Source: an uncultured Nitrospiraceae bacterium
GTDB taxonomy: Bacteria; Nitrospirota; Nitrospiria; Nitrospirales; Nitrospiraceae
Direction of reading: 5' to 3'
Assembly (NCBI GenBank): GCA_963846575.1
Contig: CAWJWJ010000001.1
Span: 736,001 to 800,000, forward strand
Length of the DNA stretch: 64,000 nt
Numbering within the stretch: the stretch's first letter is position 1; every line of letters starts with the position of its first letter. This document shows positions 8,798-19,189 of the stretch, one piece after another. Below the pieces are notes generated by a model. That model ran no database searches and had not been told where the DNA came from. It saw only the letters and a list, made by a program, of their open reading frames with translations. The position numbers were made by a program, and so were the translations under genes.

Positions 8798-9724
8798 TTA
8801 GACGGCAAGGGAGGGAGCCGGCCGAAGCAGTCCAATGGAAGGACGGGATTCATGAGCGGGAGCGCTATGTTCGGCAGTGATAAGGACCCATTTGTCGCGT
8901 TGCAAGAGGATTTGCTCGACGAGCCTGGTGTGCATGGCGTGGCCGGAGCGTTCAGCGACAATATGGCCGATGAAGGGGAAGCCGAGAAGAGCAATATCGC
9001 CAATCAAGTCCAGCACCTTGTGGCGAACAAACTCGTTCGGGAAGCGAAGGCCGGATTTATTGACGACACCATCTTTTGACAGAACGACTGTGTTCTCTAG
9101 GGTCCCGCCCTTCCCTAGTCCTCGTGACCACAAAGCCTCGACTTCGTGCAGGAATCCGAAAGTTCGTGCGGTCGCGATCTCTTCCTCGAAAGCCGAGGCG
9201 GTGCAGGTGTGCGTATAGGACTGAGTTTGGATCAACGGATGATCGTAGTGGATGGAGTACGTGATTCTCGGTGTGGAAGATGGTTCGATCCTGACACGAC
9301 GGGCGCCATCCACGACTTCGATAGGCTGCGTGATTTTCACATAGGACTGCCGACGAGCTTGGGATATCACCCCGGCTGTTCGAATGAGACGTACGAAGGG
9401 GCTCGAGCTCCCGTCCAGCACGGGAACTTCTCCGGCGTCGACTTCGGCGTAGACATTGTCGACTTCCATTCCGACCAAGGCGGCTAGGAGATGTTCGATC
9501 GTTTTGACTTGGTGACCATTTACGCTGATGGCAGTACAGAGTTCGGTCGGAACCTTATTAGTAACCGCAGCGGGCAGAAGGGTCTCTTCTGAGCCGGTCC
9601 GGTACACAAACACAATGCCTGTATTGGGAGGGGCCGGACGGAGTGTCAGTGTGACCGGCTGACCGGAGTGAAGCCCGATACCAGAACAGGATACTGAAGA
9701 ACCGATCGTCTGCTGAAACCGCAC
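8798..9724 (-). CDS. lpxC: UDP-3-O-acyl-N-acetylglucosamine deacetylase
   Basis: GIGLHSG, TIEHLLAAL, EFVRHKVLDLIGD, SGH motifs; GAGGAGG RBS before GTG. Confidence 0.96.
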   Translation of the reverse strand: MRFQQTIGSSVSCSGIGLHSGQPVTLTLRPAPPNTGIVFVYRTGSEETLLPAAVTNKVPTELCTAISVNGHQVKTIEHLLAALVGMEVDNVYAEVDAGEVPVLDGSSSPFVRLIRTAGVISQARRQSYVKITQPIEVVDGARRVRIEPSSTPRITYSIHYDHPLIQTQSYTHTCTASAFEEEIATARTFGFLHEVEALWSRGLGKGGTLENTVVLSKDGVVNKSGLRFPNEFVRHKVLDLIGDIALLGFPFIGHIVAERSGHAMHTRLVEQILLQRDKWVLITAEHSAPAHESRPSIGLLRPAPSLAV

Positions 9725-9756
9725 AGTGCCTCCTCTGTAATGTGACACACTAATCT

Positions 9757-9772
9757 AGCAATGCTTGTGCCA
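9757..9772 (-). promoter_or_regulatory. sigma54 -24/-12 promoter of lpxC
   Basis: Minus strand TGGCAC-AAGCA-TTGCT. Confidence 0.7.
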
Positions 9773-9787
9773 GCCAAGATAAATTTT

Positions 9788-9800
9788 CAAGTATTTGATT
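9788..9800 (-). promoter_or_regulatory. IHF-like site
   Basis: Minus strand AATCAA-ATAC-TTG matches WATCAANNNNTTR. Confidence 0.5.
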
Positions 9801-9968
9801 TATTGCAACATTCATATGCACTGGCCTGTCATGAATGTTGCTAAATTCACACAATTGTATCTTTTGGTGGGTGCTCGGAAGGCCAAAAAATTTGTCTTTT
9901 CAATGAGTTGCTGAATCGGGGCCGACACATACCTCAACTAGCAGTACTCTCCCGGCGTTCCTACAAAG

Positions 9969-10640
9969 CTAAGGCCTCGGTTCTAGTTCAATAAGACCCT
10001 TCCTGATAGCCAGAATGGCAGCTTGGGTGCGGTCATAGACCTGGAGTTTGTGGAAGATATTACGAACATGATTTTTAACGGTCTTTTCGCTCAGGTCCAA
10101 GCTGTTCGCAATCTCCTTATTGGTCTTCCCGTCTGCGACTAGCCTCAACACCGTAATCTCCCGTTCCGTCAGATCATGCTCGACCCAGGCCGGCTTTTTG
10201 CCTTTTTTCTGCGACATGAGGGAAAATTCGGCCAAAATTTTGCTCGCCACTGACGGGTGAATGAGCGACTCGCCTCGATAGATCGCTCGGATAGCGGCCA
10301 CGATTTGAGACGACTCCGAATCCTTAAGAAGATAGCCGGTGGCGCCAGCCCGCACGAGATCGAAAATGTATTGCTGTTCCTCGTACATCGTCAGGGCGAC
10401 AATGCCCATGTGAGGAAATTCCCGTTTGATTTGGCGTGTCGCTTCAATGCCGCCCATCCGTGGCATGCTGACATCCATCAGGATCACATCGGGCATGAGG
10501 GTTTTGGTTTTTTCGACGGCCTCCGCACCATCTTGTGCTTCACCGACGACATTGATGTCTTCTTTGGTCTTGAGTATGGCCGCAAGCCCCTCACGAACCA
10601 CCCGGTGATCATCGGCTATGAGGACCTTAATTTTTTCCAT
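9969..10640 (-). CDS. NarL/LuxR-family response regulator
   Basis: REC domain (IADDH, DVILMD) plus LuxR HTH (LTEREI...NKEIA..L.LSEKTVKNH). Confidence 0.95.
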   Translation of the reverse strand: MEKIKVLIADDHRVVREGLAAILKTKEDINVVGEAQDGAEAVEKTKTLMPDVILMDVSMPRMGGIEATRQIKREFPHMGIVALTMYEEQQYIFDLVRAGATGYLLKDSESSQIVAAIRAIYRGESLIHPSVASKILAEFSLMSQKKGKKPAWVEHDLTEREITVLRLVADGKTNKEIANSLDLSEKTVKNHVRNIFHKLQVYDRTQAAILAIRKGLIELEPRP

Positions 10641-11748
10641 TGCGAATGGTCTCCTTGTCGGCTAGTGGGACTCGCAACACGATCCGCGTGCCACGCCCCT
10701 TCTTCGAATCGATTGTGGCTTCTCCTCCCACCAGTCTTGCCCGTTCCAATATGCCGCGAATGCCGAAATGATCCCACTTCTCCGGGTCCCTGAGCACCGT
10801 GTCCATATCAAACCCGATCCCGTTGTCGGTGATCGTCACTTGCAACAGGTCGAGACGGATATCGAGTTGAACCGAGACTCGGCCGGCCTTGGCATGCTTC
10901 TGTACATTGCTCAGCGCCTCCTGCACGATTCGAAAAAGAAAAATTTTGGTTCGAGGGAACAGAATGGTTTCATCCCCTGTCACGGAACAGGCTGTCTTGA
11001 TGTGGTACTGAGTCTCGTACGATTTGAGGTAGTTGGTGAGCGCAGGGATCAACTCCATCTTGTCATAGTGCAATGGGCGCAAGTTGAAAATGACCTGCCT
11101 GGCTTCCTGAATCGCTAGTTTCAGCTGGGCTTTGGATTCTCGGATCGTGGCCAAGCTGGCCTTCGGATTTTTGCGCAGCAGCTCTTGGGAGAGTTCCAGT
11201 TTGAAATTGACGCCGGCGAGACTCTGGACCAGCCCATCGTGGATTTCGCACGCGATACGGGTGCGTTCCTCCGTCACTGCGGCTCCGGTTTCTTTGACAT
11301 AGAGGCGATACAGCGACTGATACTTATTCAGGGCTTTTTCGATGTCAGCCGTGGCGCGAATGCGGGCTTCGATCAATTGCCACATGAACTTCGCGCTGGC
11401 CCCTCCGATTACAGAGACACCCAGCCGGCGGATGTCTTGCAGGTATTCGCCCACTTCAGGGTTGCCCGAGACATCTATCACTAAGTCAACCGGCCCCATT
11501 TTCAGGAGTTGCCGGTAATTGCGGGTCACACGGATGTGCAACCGTCGGGCAAGGCCGAGACCGGGAGCTTCAGGGCTGATGTCTGCCACGCCGACGATCC
11601 TGACTAACGGATCGTTCGCGAAGATTTCCATCAACGCCGTGCCACCACGGCCTGCGCCAATGATCACCACATGCGTGGCTCCGGGCGCTCGTCGCCTGCT
11701 GGGCCGCAGGGCTTGCCGTCGTTCGCGCGTAGTTGGAGAGGTTGCCAT
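10627..11748 (-). CDS. soluble HisKA_3 histidine kinase with N-terminal Rossmann-like domain
   Basis: VVIIGAGRGG; EERTRIACEIHDGLVQSL; QEALSNVQKHA; DNGIGF. Confidence 0.9.
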   Translation of the reverse strand: MATSPTTRERRQALRPSRRRAPGATHVVIIGAGRGGTALMEIFANDPLVRIVGVADISPEAPGLGLARRLHIRVTRNYRQLLKMGPVDLVIDVSGNPEVGEYLQDIRRLGVSVIGGASAKFMWQLIEARIRATADIEKALNKYQSLYRLYVKETGAAVTEERTRIACEIHDGLVQSLAGVNFKLELSQELLRKNPKASLATIRESKAQLKLAIQEARQVIFNLRPLHYDKMELIPALTNYLKSYETQYHIKTACSVTGDETILFPRTKIFLFRIVQEALSNVQKHAKAGRVSVQLDIRLDLLQVTITDNGIGFDMDTVLRDPEKWDHFGIRGILERARLVGGEATIDSKKGRGTRIVLRVPLADKETIRNGKN

Positions 11749-11846
11749 GGGTTTGACGTAGGGGGGAACGGAACCCTTTCCCGTGCTGGCGCCCACCCTG
11801 CCTAAACGAGCGTTTCGATTCGAAACGGTGAGGGAAAGGGGAGGGC

Positions 11847-12311
11847 TTATCGCTCCCGGCGCTGCTGGGCCAGGGCTTTAATTTCGTCCATGAACTGGTC
11901 GATGTCTTTGAACTCTCGATAAACCGATGCGAACCTTACATAGGCGACTTGATCGAGCTGCGACAGCTCCTTCATAACTTCCTCGCCCACGGCCGTACTC
12001 ACGATTTCCGTCTCGCCCAGATCCTGAATGCGTTTTTCGATCCGATCAGTGACGGTTTCAATGGTGGCGGTGCTGATTGGGCGTTTTTCGCAAGCCTTTT
12101 TGAGCCCGGAGACGATTTTCCCCCGATCGAACGGTTCCCGGCGCCCGTCTTTTTTCACCACCGCCGGCATGGTCTCTTCGACACGTTCGTAGGTGGTATA
12201 GCGCCGCTTGCAGGATAAGCATTCGCGTCGCCGCCGGATGACCTCACCTTCCTTGGCCATCCGCGAGTCGACGACTTTGTCCTCCACATCGTCGCAGAAA
12301 GGACACTTCAC
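11847..12311 (-). CDS. nrdR: transcriptional repressor NrdR
   Basis: [24 protein letters not shown] cone; AYVRFASVY. Confidence 0.97.
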   Translation of the reverse strand: MKCPFCDDVEDKVVDSRMAKEGEVIRRRRECLSCKRRYTTYERVEETMPAVVKKDGRREPFDRGKIVSGLKKACEKRPISTATIETVTDRIEKRIQDLGETEIVSTAVGEEVMKELSQLDQVAYVRFASVYREFKDIDQFMDEIKALAQQRRER

Positions 12312-12326
12312 AGGCGAACGTCCTGC

Positions 12327-13604
12327 CTAAGCGGGAGACGAATCGTAGGCATGAAAGATGGGAAAACGGTTGCACAATGTTTTGGCCTGTGCCCGGACCT
12401 CGGCCTGAACCTGCTGGTCCTGGGGATGCTGCAGCACGCGATCGATGAGTGCCACTATTTCACGCATGTCTGCTTCGCGCATGCCGCGGGTCGAGACGAT
12501 AGGACTGCCGATCCGTATGCCGCTTGCCACGGCTGGAGGTTTCTCATCGTAGGGCACGGCATTTTTATTGACGATGATACCGGCGGCGTCCAGCGCGGCA
12601 TCAGCTTCTTTCCCGGTAATTCCCTTGTTGGTCAGATTCACCAGCATCAAATGAGTATCGGTCCCGCCCGACACAATCTTATAGCCCCGTTCGACTAGGC
12701 CTTGAGCCAGCGTTCGGGCGTTGGCGATCACCTGCTGCTGATACCGCTTGAATGCGGGCGACAAAGCCTCTTTGAAAGCGACGGCCTTGGCGGCAATCAC
12801 ATGCATGAGCGGACCGCCTTGGAGACCCGGGAAAATAATCTTATCGACGGCCTTGGCATGTTCGGCTTTGCACATGGTGACACCACCGCGAGGACCCCTC
12901 AGCGTCTTATGAGTCGTCGTCGTGACAAAGTCGGCATAGGGCACGGGGTTAGGATGCAACCCGGCCGCAATGAGTCCGGCAATATGTGCGATGTCGACCA
13001 GTAGATACGCTCCGACGGCCTTGGCGATCTCCTGAAACTTGGGGAAATCCAGCGTGCGGGCATAGGCGCTGGCACCCACCACCAGCATCCGGGGACGGCA
13101 TTCCTCGGCGAGCTTTCGGACCGCGGCATAGTCGATGGTTTCGGTCTGCCGGTCGACTCCATACGAGAATGCCCGAAAAATGATCCCGGAGAAATTGACC
13201 TTGCTGCCGTGGGTGAGATGTCCTCCTTGTGCAAGGTCTAACCCGAGAATCGTGTCGCCGGGTTTAAGCACGGCCAGGTATGCCGCCATATTGGCCTGCG
13301 ATCCGGAATGGGGTTGGACATTGACGTGCTCTGCGCCGAAGATCTGTTTGGCTCGTTCAATGGCCAGAGATTCAACCGTGTCAACATGCTGGCACCCACC
13401 GTAGTACCGCTTGCCGGGATAACCTTCGGCATACTTGTTGGTCATGAGACTGCCCTGTGCAGCCAGGACCGCTGGACTGGCGAAGTTCTCCGACGCGATC
13501 AACAGCAACTTGTCTCGCTGCCGCTGTTCTTCGGCGAGAATGGCTTCGTACGTCTCGGGGTCGGTCGATTTCAGCGCGTCCAACGAACCGGTCACATGCT
13601 GCAT
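12327..13604 (-). CDS. glyA: serine hydroxymethyltransferase
   Basis: [35 protein letters not shown]. Confidence 0.98.
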   Translation of the reverse strand: MQHVTGSLDALKSTDPETYEAILAEEQRQRDKLLLIASENFASPAVLAAQGSLMTNKYAEGYPGKRYYGGCQHVDTVESLAIERAKQIFGAEHVNVQPHSGSQANMAAYLAVLKPGDTILGLDLAQGGHLTHGSKVNFSGIIFRAFSYGVDRQTETIDYAAVRKLAEECRPRMLVVGASAYARTLDFPKFQEIAKAVGAYLLVDIAHIAGLIAAGLHPNPVPYADFVTTTTHKTLRGPRGGVTMCKAEHAKAVDKIIFPGLQGGPLMHVIAAKAVAFKEALSPAFKRYQQQVIANARTLAQGLVERGYKIVSGGTDTHLMLVNLTNKGITGKEADAALDAAGIIVNKNAVPYDEKPPAVASGIRIGSPIVSTRGMREADMREIVALIDRVLQHPQDQQVQAEVRAQAKTLCNRFPIFHAYDSSPA

Positions 13605-13659
13605 GGTTCCTCCGCGCGTGGCATCAGGTCTGATGGGCCACGCTTGATTCCGTAACGGC

Positions 13660-14142
13660 CTAAGCTGGGGTAGCTTCCGTTTCCGCTTCCGGTTCTTCTT
13701 GTTTTTTCACGACATGGACCGCAATGGTCGCGGTGACTTCGCGTGGGAGCTTGATGGCAATGGCAAAGGTTCCGAGTTCCTTGATGGGCTGGGCCAGCTG
13801 GATCTTGCGTCGATCTACAGTGAACCCCTGTTCGGCCAGTCCTTCTGCGATATCCTTGGCCGTCACGGACCCGAACATTTTATCGTCTTTTCCGACCTGG
13901 GCGGGGATGGTCAGGGATACCGCCGAGATTTTCTTGCCGTGTGTTTCGATGTCCTGCTTTTCCTTCTTGGCCTTTTCAGCGGCGGCTCGCTTGGCGTGTT
14001 CAAATTCTTTAATGTTCCGGCTATTGGCTTCTACAGCCTTCTTGCGGGGTAAAAGATAGTTTCGGGCAAACCCGCCCGAGACGTCTAAAAGGTCCCCGAG
14101 GTCGCCGACACCTTCGAGTGTTTCTTGGAGAATCACCTTCAT
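13660..14142 (-). CDS. rplI: 50S ribosomal protein L9
   Basis: [21 protein letters not shown]. Confidence 0.97.
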   Translation of the reverse strand: MKVILQETLEGVGDLGDLLDVSGGFARNYLLPRKKAVEANSRNIKEFEHAKRAAAEKAKKEKQDIETHGKKISAVSLTIPAQVGKDDKMFGSVTAKDIAEGLAEQGFTVDRRKIQLAQPIKELGTFAIAIKLPREVTATIAVHVVKKQEEPEAETEATPA

Positions 14143-14172
14143 ACTGCAACTCCTTCTGTTGGAAAGGGAAAA

Positions 14173-14201
14173 AGCATACTGGGGGCCTCTGTAAAAGTCA
14201 A
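14173..14201 (-). promoter_or_regulatory. sigma70 promoter of rplI-glyA-nrdR
   Basis: Minus strand TTGACT-17 nt-TATGCT. Confidence 0.55.
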
Positions 14202-14361
14202 TTGATCAGGAGCGGCGTCGGCGGGGTTTCTTCACTCGTATGAGAAACTGAAAGGCAGGTGCTCACCGATCAATCCGGGCCGAAAATGTTGACCAAGGTG
14301 ACGCCTGCTGGACAGGTTCTTTCCCGAATCATTAAGATACGCCCCCCAGGGCGTTGGAGAA

Positions 14362-15828
14362 ATGTCGGGTATGACTACAATACCAAGCACCTTGCCGGAG
14401 CTCCTAGACAGTGTGGCTTCCCAATTGGAAGAGGACGCCGCGCGGTCGTCCCAACCTGGAATCGATCAGGCAGTTCCAGTTGTGCGTGGTCGATTGCTAC
14501 AGACAGTGGGGAATTTGCATCTCTATGAATTTTTCCTGGCTACGAGCCAGGTGATTGGGATCGACCTTGCGGTGACGGTGGTCCTGGGTGAGGACGACGA
14601 GCCGACCGAAGGCATAATCTTGCTTCAGGAAGGGGAGCGCCTGATTGTCCAAGCCTTCGATCTGATCGGAGACTCCGTACCTAACGCAACGCTCGTGCCG
14701 GACTTTAGTGGCCTGGCGCAGACGACTAGTGAGCGTTTGGTAGAGATGAGTAAGGCGGGTGGATCCTATACGCTCGGGCCGGCTGAACGGCTTGTACCGC
14801 TGCTAGAAGCGGGACAGTCAGGGCATCGTGGTGCCCTGGAGGCCTTAACTGCTACCTCGGTTTTAACTCCACTCTGGCATGACGATCCTACGGTTCGGCG
14901 GCAGAAGGTGGCCACGCTCGTCATTGAATTACTGCGTGCGAACAAACGCATTCTTCTGGTCACTCCCGATCACCTGAGTGCCGACACGATTACTCTCCTG
15001 ATTGCACGGGCAATGAAAGCGGCGGGATTGACGTTTAAAAGTTGGCTGAGTCGTTATGAGCTGGCCATCAGCAATGCCAGCGGGGGTATTCCCCTGCCGG
15101 AGTTGGGGTTCGAGGCCCAAATGCATCAGTTTTACGCCAAGTCCCGCTCCGACAAAGCGGTGCTGCGCAAGAAGTACGAACGGTTTCGTGAACTCACGCC
15201 ACTGCTCGCATACAAAGCCCAAAAACAACGAGACCTCGACGAGGTGCGCCTGCTGGAATGGCGATTGCTGACCCACTTGAGCGAATTGCAGGCGAAGGTT
15301 CACGAGATTGAGAAGACCCTGGCCGACTATGAGCAACTCCCGATTTGGAAGCGACTGTCCATGCAGGCGGTCGGAAAGAATGTCGAGACTTTGCGCGAGT
15401 ACCTGATCATCTATGAGCGGCAGAGCGCCGGTCTGCGCAAGGAAATCGACATTGCCAAGGAACGGATCAGCGAACTCGTTCCCGAAGCCGCGGTGCCGAG
15501 GGAGCTTAAACCTGAATTCGCCGAGCTCAAGGAAGAGGTCATTCGGTTGGGAGGCACGAAGAAAATTCGAGAACTGCTGTCGGCACAGGAGGATACCAAT
15601 CGACAGGCCTTTGTGCAGAATCGGCGGGTGATCGTTACCACCGCCGGGCGCGTGGCCGCGGATCCCTTGTTTCGCAGGGTGCGGTTCGATGTGCTGATTG
15701 CCGACGAAGCCCCGCAGATTCGCACAGCACCTCTGTTGGCCGCCGCCGGACTGGTCCGCGAGCGCATCGTGCTGAGCGGCGACCTGCGCGAAGTGACTGC
15801 GAATGGTCCGTGGCACCTCGCCGGTTAG
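14362..15828 (+). CDS. degenerate SF1 (Upf1/DNA2-like) helicase N-terminal half with coiled-coil insert
   Basis: KRILLVTP, VIVTT, FDVLIADEAPQ, LSGD; no Walker A and no second RecA domain. Confidence 0.6.
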   Translation: MSGMTTIPSTLPELLDSVASQLEEDAARSSQPGIDQAVPVVRGRLLQTVGNLHLYEFFLATSQVIGIDLAVTVVLGEDDEPTEGIILLQEGERLIVQAFDLIGDSVPNATLVPDFSGLAQTTSERLVEMSKAGGSYTLGPAERLVPLLEAGQSGHRGALEALTATSVLTPLWHDDPTVRRQKVATLVIELLRANKRILLVTPDHLSADTITLLIARAMKAAGLTFKSWLSRYELAISNASGGIPLPELGFEAQMHQFYAKSRSDKAVLRKKYERFRELTPLLAYKAQKQRDLDEVRLLEWRLLTHLSELQAKVHEIEKTLADYEQLPIWKRLSMQAVGKNVETLREYLIIYERQSAGLRKEIDIAKERISELVPEAAVPRELKPEFAELKEEVIRLGGTKKIRELLSAQEDTNRQAFVQNRRVIVTTAGRVAADPLFRRVRFDVLIADEAPQIRTAPLLAAAGLVRERIVLSGDLREVTANGPWHLAG

Positions 15829-15870
15829 GGCTTCTCTCATGGGGAGAGGGCAGATTTTCATCGGCTCACC

Positions 15871-15899
15871 TTGACGGGTTGGAGCCGATCAGCGATAAT
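15871..15899 (+). promoter_or_regulatory. tRNA promoter
   Basis: TTGACG-17 nt-GATAAT. Confidence 0.55.
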
Positions 15900-15916
15900 C
15901 CCACTCCATTTCTCAC

Positions 15917-16003
15917 GCCGAAGTGGCGGAACTGGCAGACGCACTGGTTTCAGGTACCAGCGCCCGTAAGGGTATCCGGGTTCAACTCCCGGCTTCGGCA
16001 CCA
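15917..16003 (+). tRNA. tRNA-Leu(CAG)
   Basis: GCCGAAG/CTTCGGC acceptor stem, CTGGT-TTCAGGT-ACCAG anticodon arm, long variable arm, GGTTCAACTCC T-arm, encoded CCA. Confidence 0.97.
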
Positions 16004-16079
16004 TCCTTTCTGCACTGCACCGACTTCCAGAACTCGCGAACAGGCAGGAGAGCGTCGTGGCACTAGCGTGTTCGACCCG

Positions 16080-16250
16080 CTCAATAGGGTCGTCGAGTTT
16101 TCGCAGCCTTGATCGGGCGGTAGCGCAAGAACAGTTCCACCATTGAATGGCCGACGATCTTCCTGATCGTTTCCTATCGATCCCAGCATCCGCTAGGTTT
16201 GTGACTCCCCGATGCCGGAGATGGTGAAGATGAAATTCCGGATGGTTTGA
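16080..16250 (-). pseudogene. tyrosine integrase C-terminal remnant
   Basis: LHHLRH.GVTNLADAGID, then a frameshift into TIRKIVGHS..ELFLRY (box II, GH and catalytic Tyr); adjacent to the tRNA 3' end. Confidence 0.7.
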
Positions 16251-16596
16251 GCCATGTACATGTCCCGAACGACGGGGCACGTGTCGCCATACTTCTTTCA
16301 TTCCTGTTCGAAGACCAGCCCTGGATGCGAGTGATGCCAGCTTGCTCCTATCCTGTTTCGTTTCGGTCAGGAAGCCAGGGCGAACGATTCTCGCCTTGTC
16401 CAGATCGGCCCGATCCCAGGTCAGGGCGAGAGCCCTCCGGCTGGTATCGGTATGGTAGCCAGTCAGCACAGGACAAGCTTGAACCAGCCCGGCGCCGGTC
16501 GCTGTATAACTATCTTTAGTCAAGGGGTGTCCAGAACTCCGATCTTTCTTGCCACGGGAACGTGGTCTCGTAGTATGTGACTAGGAGGGCACACCG

Positions 16597-16725
16597 ATGA
16601 ACGAACGTCCCGTGTATCCGAATACCTTCAACCAGGGTGCAATCATTGATCGCCGATTCCGCCTCCTTGCGCTGGCAAGCGCACTGGTAGCGGGAGGCCT
16701 CCTGACGTTCTATCTTCTGCAGTAG
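16597..16725 (+). CDS. 42-aa membrane micro-protein
   Basis: AGGAGG RBS; MNERPVYPNTFNQGAIIDRRFRLLALASALVAGGLLTFYLLQ with one C-terminal TM. Confidence 0.5.
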   Translation: MNERPVYPNTFNQGAIIDRRFRLLALASALVAGGLLTFYLLQ

Positions 16726-17517
16726 GGGTCAGGGCCCCCGTTCTTGCGTCGGCATGAGCGTACAACGTGTGAGCCAGGCATCGAGCAAGCCATCACCCGT
16801 CTTCGTCACCCTGGCAATAACTCCCACAGGTCGATCCCACCTCATAGCAACTACCCGCAGAAGTCCCGCAGAAGTGTAGGGTTATCTGCTGCCGCGTCAG
16901 AGCGACAGATTTCAGCTGTGTCGAACCTACCCCCAAATCGTTCCGGCATCGATCCCAAGTTCAATGAGCATCCTTGGCGGTGCCCGCAGGATCTTCCCAA
17001 TGCAAAAACACAACAAGTCCCCTTATTTCCTCGGAGGACGGCTAAGTTGGCAGAAAAGACAGTCGGCCCTCACGCTCTTTTGGATTTTCTTGTCCATCGG
17101 ATTTGCAATGGGGCTAACAATTGGTAAATTCGGGGTGAAAATCATTAAAAAGCGGCTATGGAAATATTATCGCCAGATTGTCGGCACCTGAGAACTCCTT
17201 GGAGGCAATCGGTGGTTTCATAGGGATACCTGTTGGATTTCTCTTCGGCTATCGAATCTGGAAGCTTGCCATGTTGCAAACCGGCTTCCTCACTCCGGCT
17301 CAGCTTGAGGCGCTCAACAAACCGGAAGAAGACTGATAAGAGGTCTTGAGCGTGGCTCATTACTGGAAAGCTGCAAAAGAGCGGATGTGGTAGCCTGCAT
17401 AAGCGCTTGTGGCCCCCTCTTGCCGACAGTCCCCAGGGCTTCGCCTAGTCGTGTGAACCTCCAGTCCGTGAGACTCTCGCTGGGAACCTACCATCTTCCA
17501 GCTCGAGAGGTTTTTGA

Positions 17518-17739
17518 ATGGGACAACACTGGGGGCTCTGCAAAAGTTGCAAGTGGTGGCAGATCGAACCGACAGCAACGATCGGTGATTCGACGGTCGG
17601 CTTATGCATTGAAGAGAAGCTGCAACCGTTTCAACTCAGTGTGTCCGGGAATAGTGGGTGCAATCGACAGGTGCAGGGCGAACCAGCCCGTGCAAAGGGA
17701 TCAGGGGCACAGCCTCCCACTGCGGAACCGGTGCGGTAA
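17518..17739 (+). CDS. small Cys-containing hypothetical protein
   Basis: GAGAGG RBS; CKSCKWW..GLC..GC pattern. Confidence 0.6.
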   Translation: MGQHWGLCKSCKWWQIEPTATIGDSTVGLCIEEKLQPFQLSVSGNSGCNRQVQGEPARAKGSGAQPPTAEPVR

Positions 17740-18013
17740 AACCACATCCCATATCAAAGGGATCCTTCGGCCCATCTGAACCCGAAGCCTAAATCCGAGA
17801 CTTCCGTTCTGTCGGGAGTCTGCCACCCAGGATGTGTGTCAGAGAGTTTTCGAATCATTCCCTCAGTGCGTGACCGCCTGCTCGTCGTTTACCCCAATCT
17901 TCTTCCCACTAGTCTGGTTCGACCGACCGGACCATACTGGCCTAGGGAACTCCTCGGACTATCCTAGCGTTCTTCCCAGGCCCGCTCGCGAGAAAACACA
18001 GTAGGATGTGGTT

Positions 18014-18133
18014 ATGACGCACGACTTTAGAGCGTGGTTTTTTCTCGTCGCTAGCTTTCTGCTCCTGTTGGTTATTTGTGGCCTCGCCATGGTGGGTCTG
18101 CTGACGAGGCCGTTGCGGTGGAGCGAGCGATGA
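18014..18133 (+). CDS. 39-aa single-TM micro-protein
   Basis: MTHDFRAWFFLVASFLLLLVICGLAMVGLLTRPLRWSER; AGGA upstream. Confidence 0.35.
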   Translation: MTHDFRAWFFLVASFLLLLVICGLAMVGLLTRPLRWSER

Positions 18134-18199
18134 CGTCCCGGCAGGGCAACATCCGGGATCGGGATGCGGATCTCACCTTTCTACGAAGGAGTGATAGGC

Positions 18200-18352
18200 A
18201 TGAACAACATAGTCGTGATTATTTTGATCCTGTTGCTGATCGGAGTACTTCCGACCTGGCCCTACAGCAGCGGCTGGGGATATTATCCGTCGGGCGGATT
18301 GGGGCTCATTCTCCTGATCGTGCTTATTCTCGCATTGACCGGTAGAATGTAG
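18200..18352 (+). CDS. DUF3309 family small membrane protein
   Basis: LLLIGVLPTWPYSSGWGYYPSGGLG signature; AAGGAG RBS. Confidence 0.9.
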   Translation: MNNIVVIILILLLIGVLPTWPYSSGWGYYPSGGLGLILLIVLILALTGRM

Positions 18353-18832
18353 GCCTTTTCCCGGGCAGGCTTCTTCTGCGACACCTCGGGAGACGATGTC
18401 ATCGTCGCGGGGCGAAATTGTCATGCAGTAGGACTGCCACGGTTGCTTCACTCGATCGGGAGCCGTCCTCCACCTTTCTAAAGAGGTGGCCACTTCTTGT
18501 TATTCTTTGAACTATCCTTGCCCAACGCGTCTGCTCCCCTGCGGTCCAACCCTTGCTACCTCGATGGCTACGTCTTGTACGGGGCGCATTATTCCAGAGA
18601 TCGGTGCGGAGCAACCGTGTCTGCTCTTGACTCCTTAAGCCTTCCACGCCACATTGCTGTGGAGGTGGCGGCCATGCATCTGTTGATGAGAGCGATCTTC
18701 ATCCGAAGTTCAGCAGGGCTGCTACATGTGGAAGGGCGCTCGCTCTTAACCGCGTTTGCCTCACGAACCGAATGTGGAGCGACCATCGCCGAAAGGAGAT
18801 GACGTAGCCCAAGCGGGCTGCATCATAAAACA

Positions 18833-19189
18833 ATGATACGAGCCAGGATACCAGTTCAGCACAGTTCCGACGGATTGTGGAAGACGGGGCAGTGTTCCAT
18901 CCAGATTGACTCTCTGCGACAGATCCCCCTTGCCGCCGTGTCCCCGGAGGAAACGTTAGAGGACCTCGTCGAAACCGTGATGGGGCAAGCCCTTCTCTCT
19001 CTCGATAAGAACGGACGACGAGGCACCTCGGAACCGATTCAATGGGAAATCATGGTGGATCGCGTGCCCCACTGTTATCGCTGCGTTCAGCCGCTGCGGC
19101 AGACACCAGGACCATCGGCTGAAGCGAGCGTTTCCCAGGCGTCCAAATGGACCTGCGAACAGTGTGGAACAACGATCCAATTGAGCTAA
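18833..19189 (+). CDS. hypothetical protein with CxxC..CxxC
   Basis: CYRC and CEQCG; no clear RBS. Confidence 0.35.
   Translation: MIRARIPVQHSSDGLWKTGQCSIQIDSLRQIPLAAVSPEETLEDLVETVMGQALLSLDKNGRRGTSEPIQWEIMVDRVPHCYRCVQPLRQTPGPSAEASVSQASKWTCEQCGTTIQLS

Noticed and set aside
15858..16523. 221-aa ORF as an intact integrase
   Set aside because: Runs antisense through the tRNA; only a short frameshifted segment is integrase-like
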